Assembly (NCBI GenBank): GCA_028534125.1
Contig: CM052817.1
Span: 68,388,001 to 68,452,000 of the forward strand
DNA: 64,000 nucleotides
Direction of reading: 5' to 3'
DNA from: Lama glama
Lineage: Eukaryota
Shown here: positions 63,093 to 64,000 of the stretch, piece by piece
Numbering within the stretch: the first letter of the stretch is position 1
How the letters are laid out: every line of letters begins with the position of its first letter
Position numbers and translations under genes: made by a program
Notes under the pieces: model-generated
Told to the model about the DNA's origin: nothing
Database searches by the model: none
The model's input: only the letters and a program-made list of their open reading frames with translations

Positions 63093-64000
63093 GCTCTCAA
63101 CCATAATGGCAGCTCCAATCCAGCAGAACTATTTCTTGAATGAGGGCAGAATTAGCCAGATTTGGATTGTTTAAAATGTAGCAATTGTGCCTAAAATGTA
63201 GCACATAACATCTGGGTCAGTTATAGGACATGATGTAATTTGGATCAGATGCTCTTGTAAGTGGTGGCCACATCACAGAACCAGACTGATGGTTGCTGTG
63301 CTATTCTAGGTCATGAGAATATGCTGAAATTCCACGCGCCACCAGTGAGAGCAAAATTGTTTGCATTTTAGGGATTGTGTTTTGCTGCATACTGTCTGTA
63401 GGTTTTTCTCTCTCATTTCCCTTCTCCAGATTTTTACAGTCTGTGGCTGGTGTGATCACATTGTTCTTAGTTGTGGAATATCATCTCTTTTCTGATTCTG
63501 TGTGGTGATGAGTAGAAAGATTGTTTCTACTGAGAGGTGAAAAGGTCTTCAAACTAATTTGCTTTCTAGTAAACAGTAAGGCCTAGAGAGACCCTGAGAA
63601 GATGCCTGACATCTCTCTGAAGATGAAATTTCAGCGAGTGTTCTGAAGGACTGCCAGTAGGTCAGGTTCTGGTGCTGTGAATCCTGAAAGTTTTCAAGAC
63701 TTTTTATTTATATTTTAATTGGATCCTATGATGACTGGTAAGGAGAAAAAAAAAAAGTTCTCTCTGGAAGATATAAATTGAGTTCTTGGTGAATGTGACC
63801 ACAGTCAGAAATCAGGTATTTTGTGAAGTTGTGTGCACATTTGTCTACAGAGCTGTAATGAAGAGTATCGTGCTCATAGCCGCTCTGTGATTTGGGGTAT
63901 TGTTACCAGATCTTCCTGTGCCTTTGTTTCCTCATCCGTAAGTAGGCATAACAACAGAATCTCCCTCGTTGGGCTGCTATGAAAATTAGGTGAGGGAATG

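Noticed and set aside
57664..64000. NPNT exon carrying LFEIFEIER and the MAM-domain exons
   Set aside because: Not found by eye or in the ORF track; presumed downstream of the window rather than lost.
1..64000. CRISPR arrays, operons or other prokaryote-type systems; horizontally acquired insert
   Set aside because: The sequence is uniformly mammalian gene plus interspersed repeats; no repeat-spacer array or long intronless foreign ORF.

Overview
Mammalian genomic DNA, most likely a camelid (two tRNA-derived SINEs resembling the camelid Vic-1 family). The window holds the CpG-island promoter and 5' part of the nephronectin gene NPNT on the + strand. Eight constitutive coding exons (13764..57663; 1153 nt, about 384 codons) encode the signal peptide, the N-terminal Cys segment, five EGF-like modules and the Pro/Thr-rich linker ending in PRGDVF. 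There are also two in-frame cassette exons (51 nt at 30543..30593; 93 nt at 47601..47693). The LFEIFEIER exon and the MAM domain were not found and presumably lie beyond the window. The rest is intergenic or intronic sequence with L1, L2, MIR, LTR and DNA-transposon relics and two 500-N assembly gaps. No new multi-gene system is evident. The most interesting unexplained signal is a pair of candidate cryptic exons flanking the 51-nt cassette (about 29984..30083 and 30955..30998). Each shifts the frame alone, but together they restore it while reading the cassette in a second open frame. A strongly GC3-skewed exon 4 next to a Z-DNA-prone repeat is also notable. Repeat family names and comparisons to human or mouse sequence are from recall and need database confirmation.
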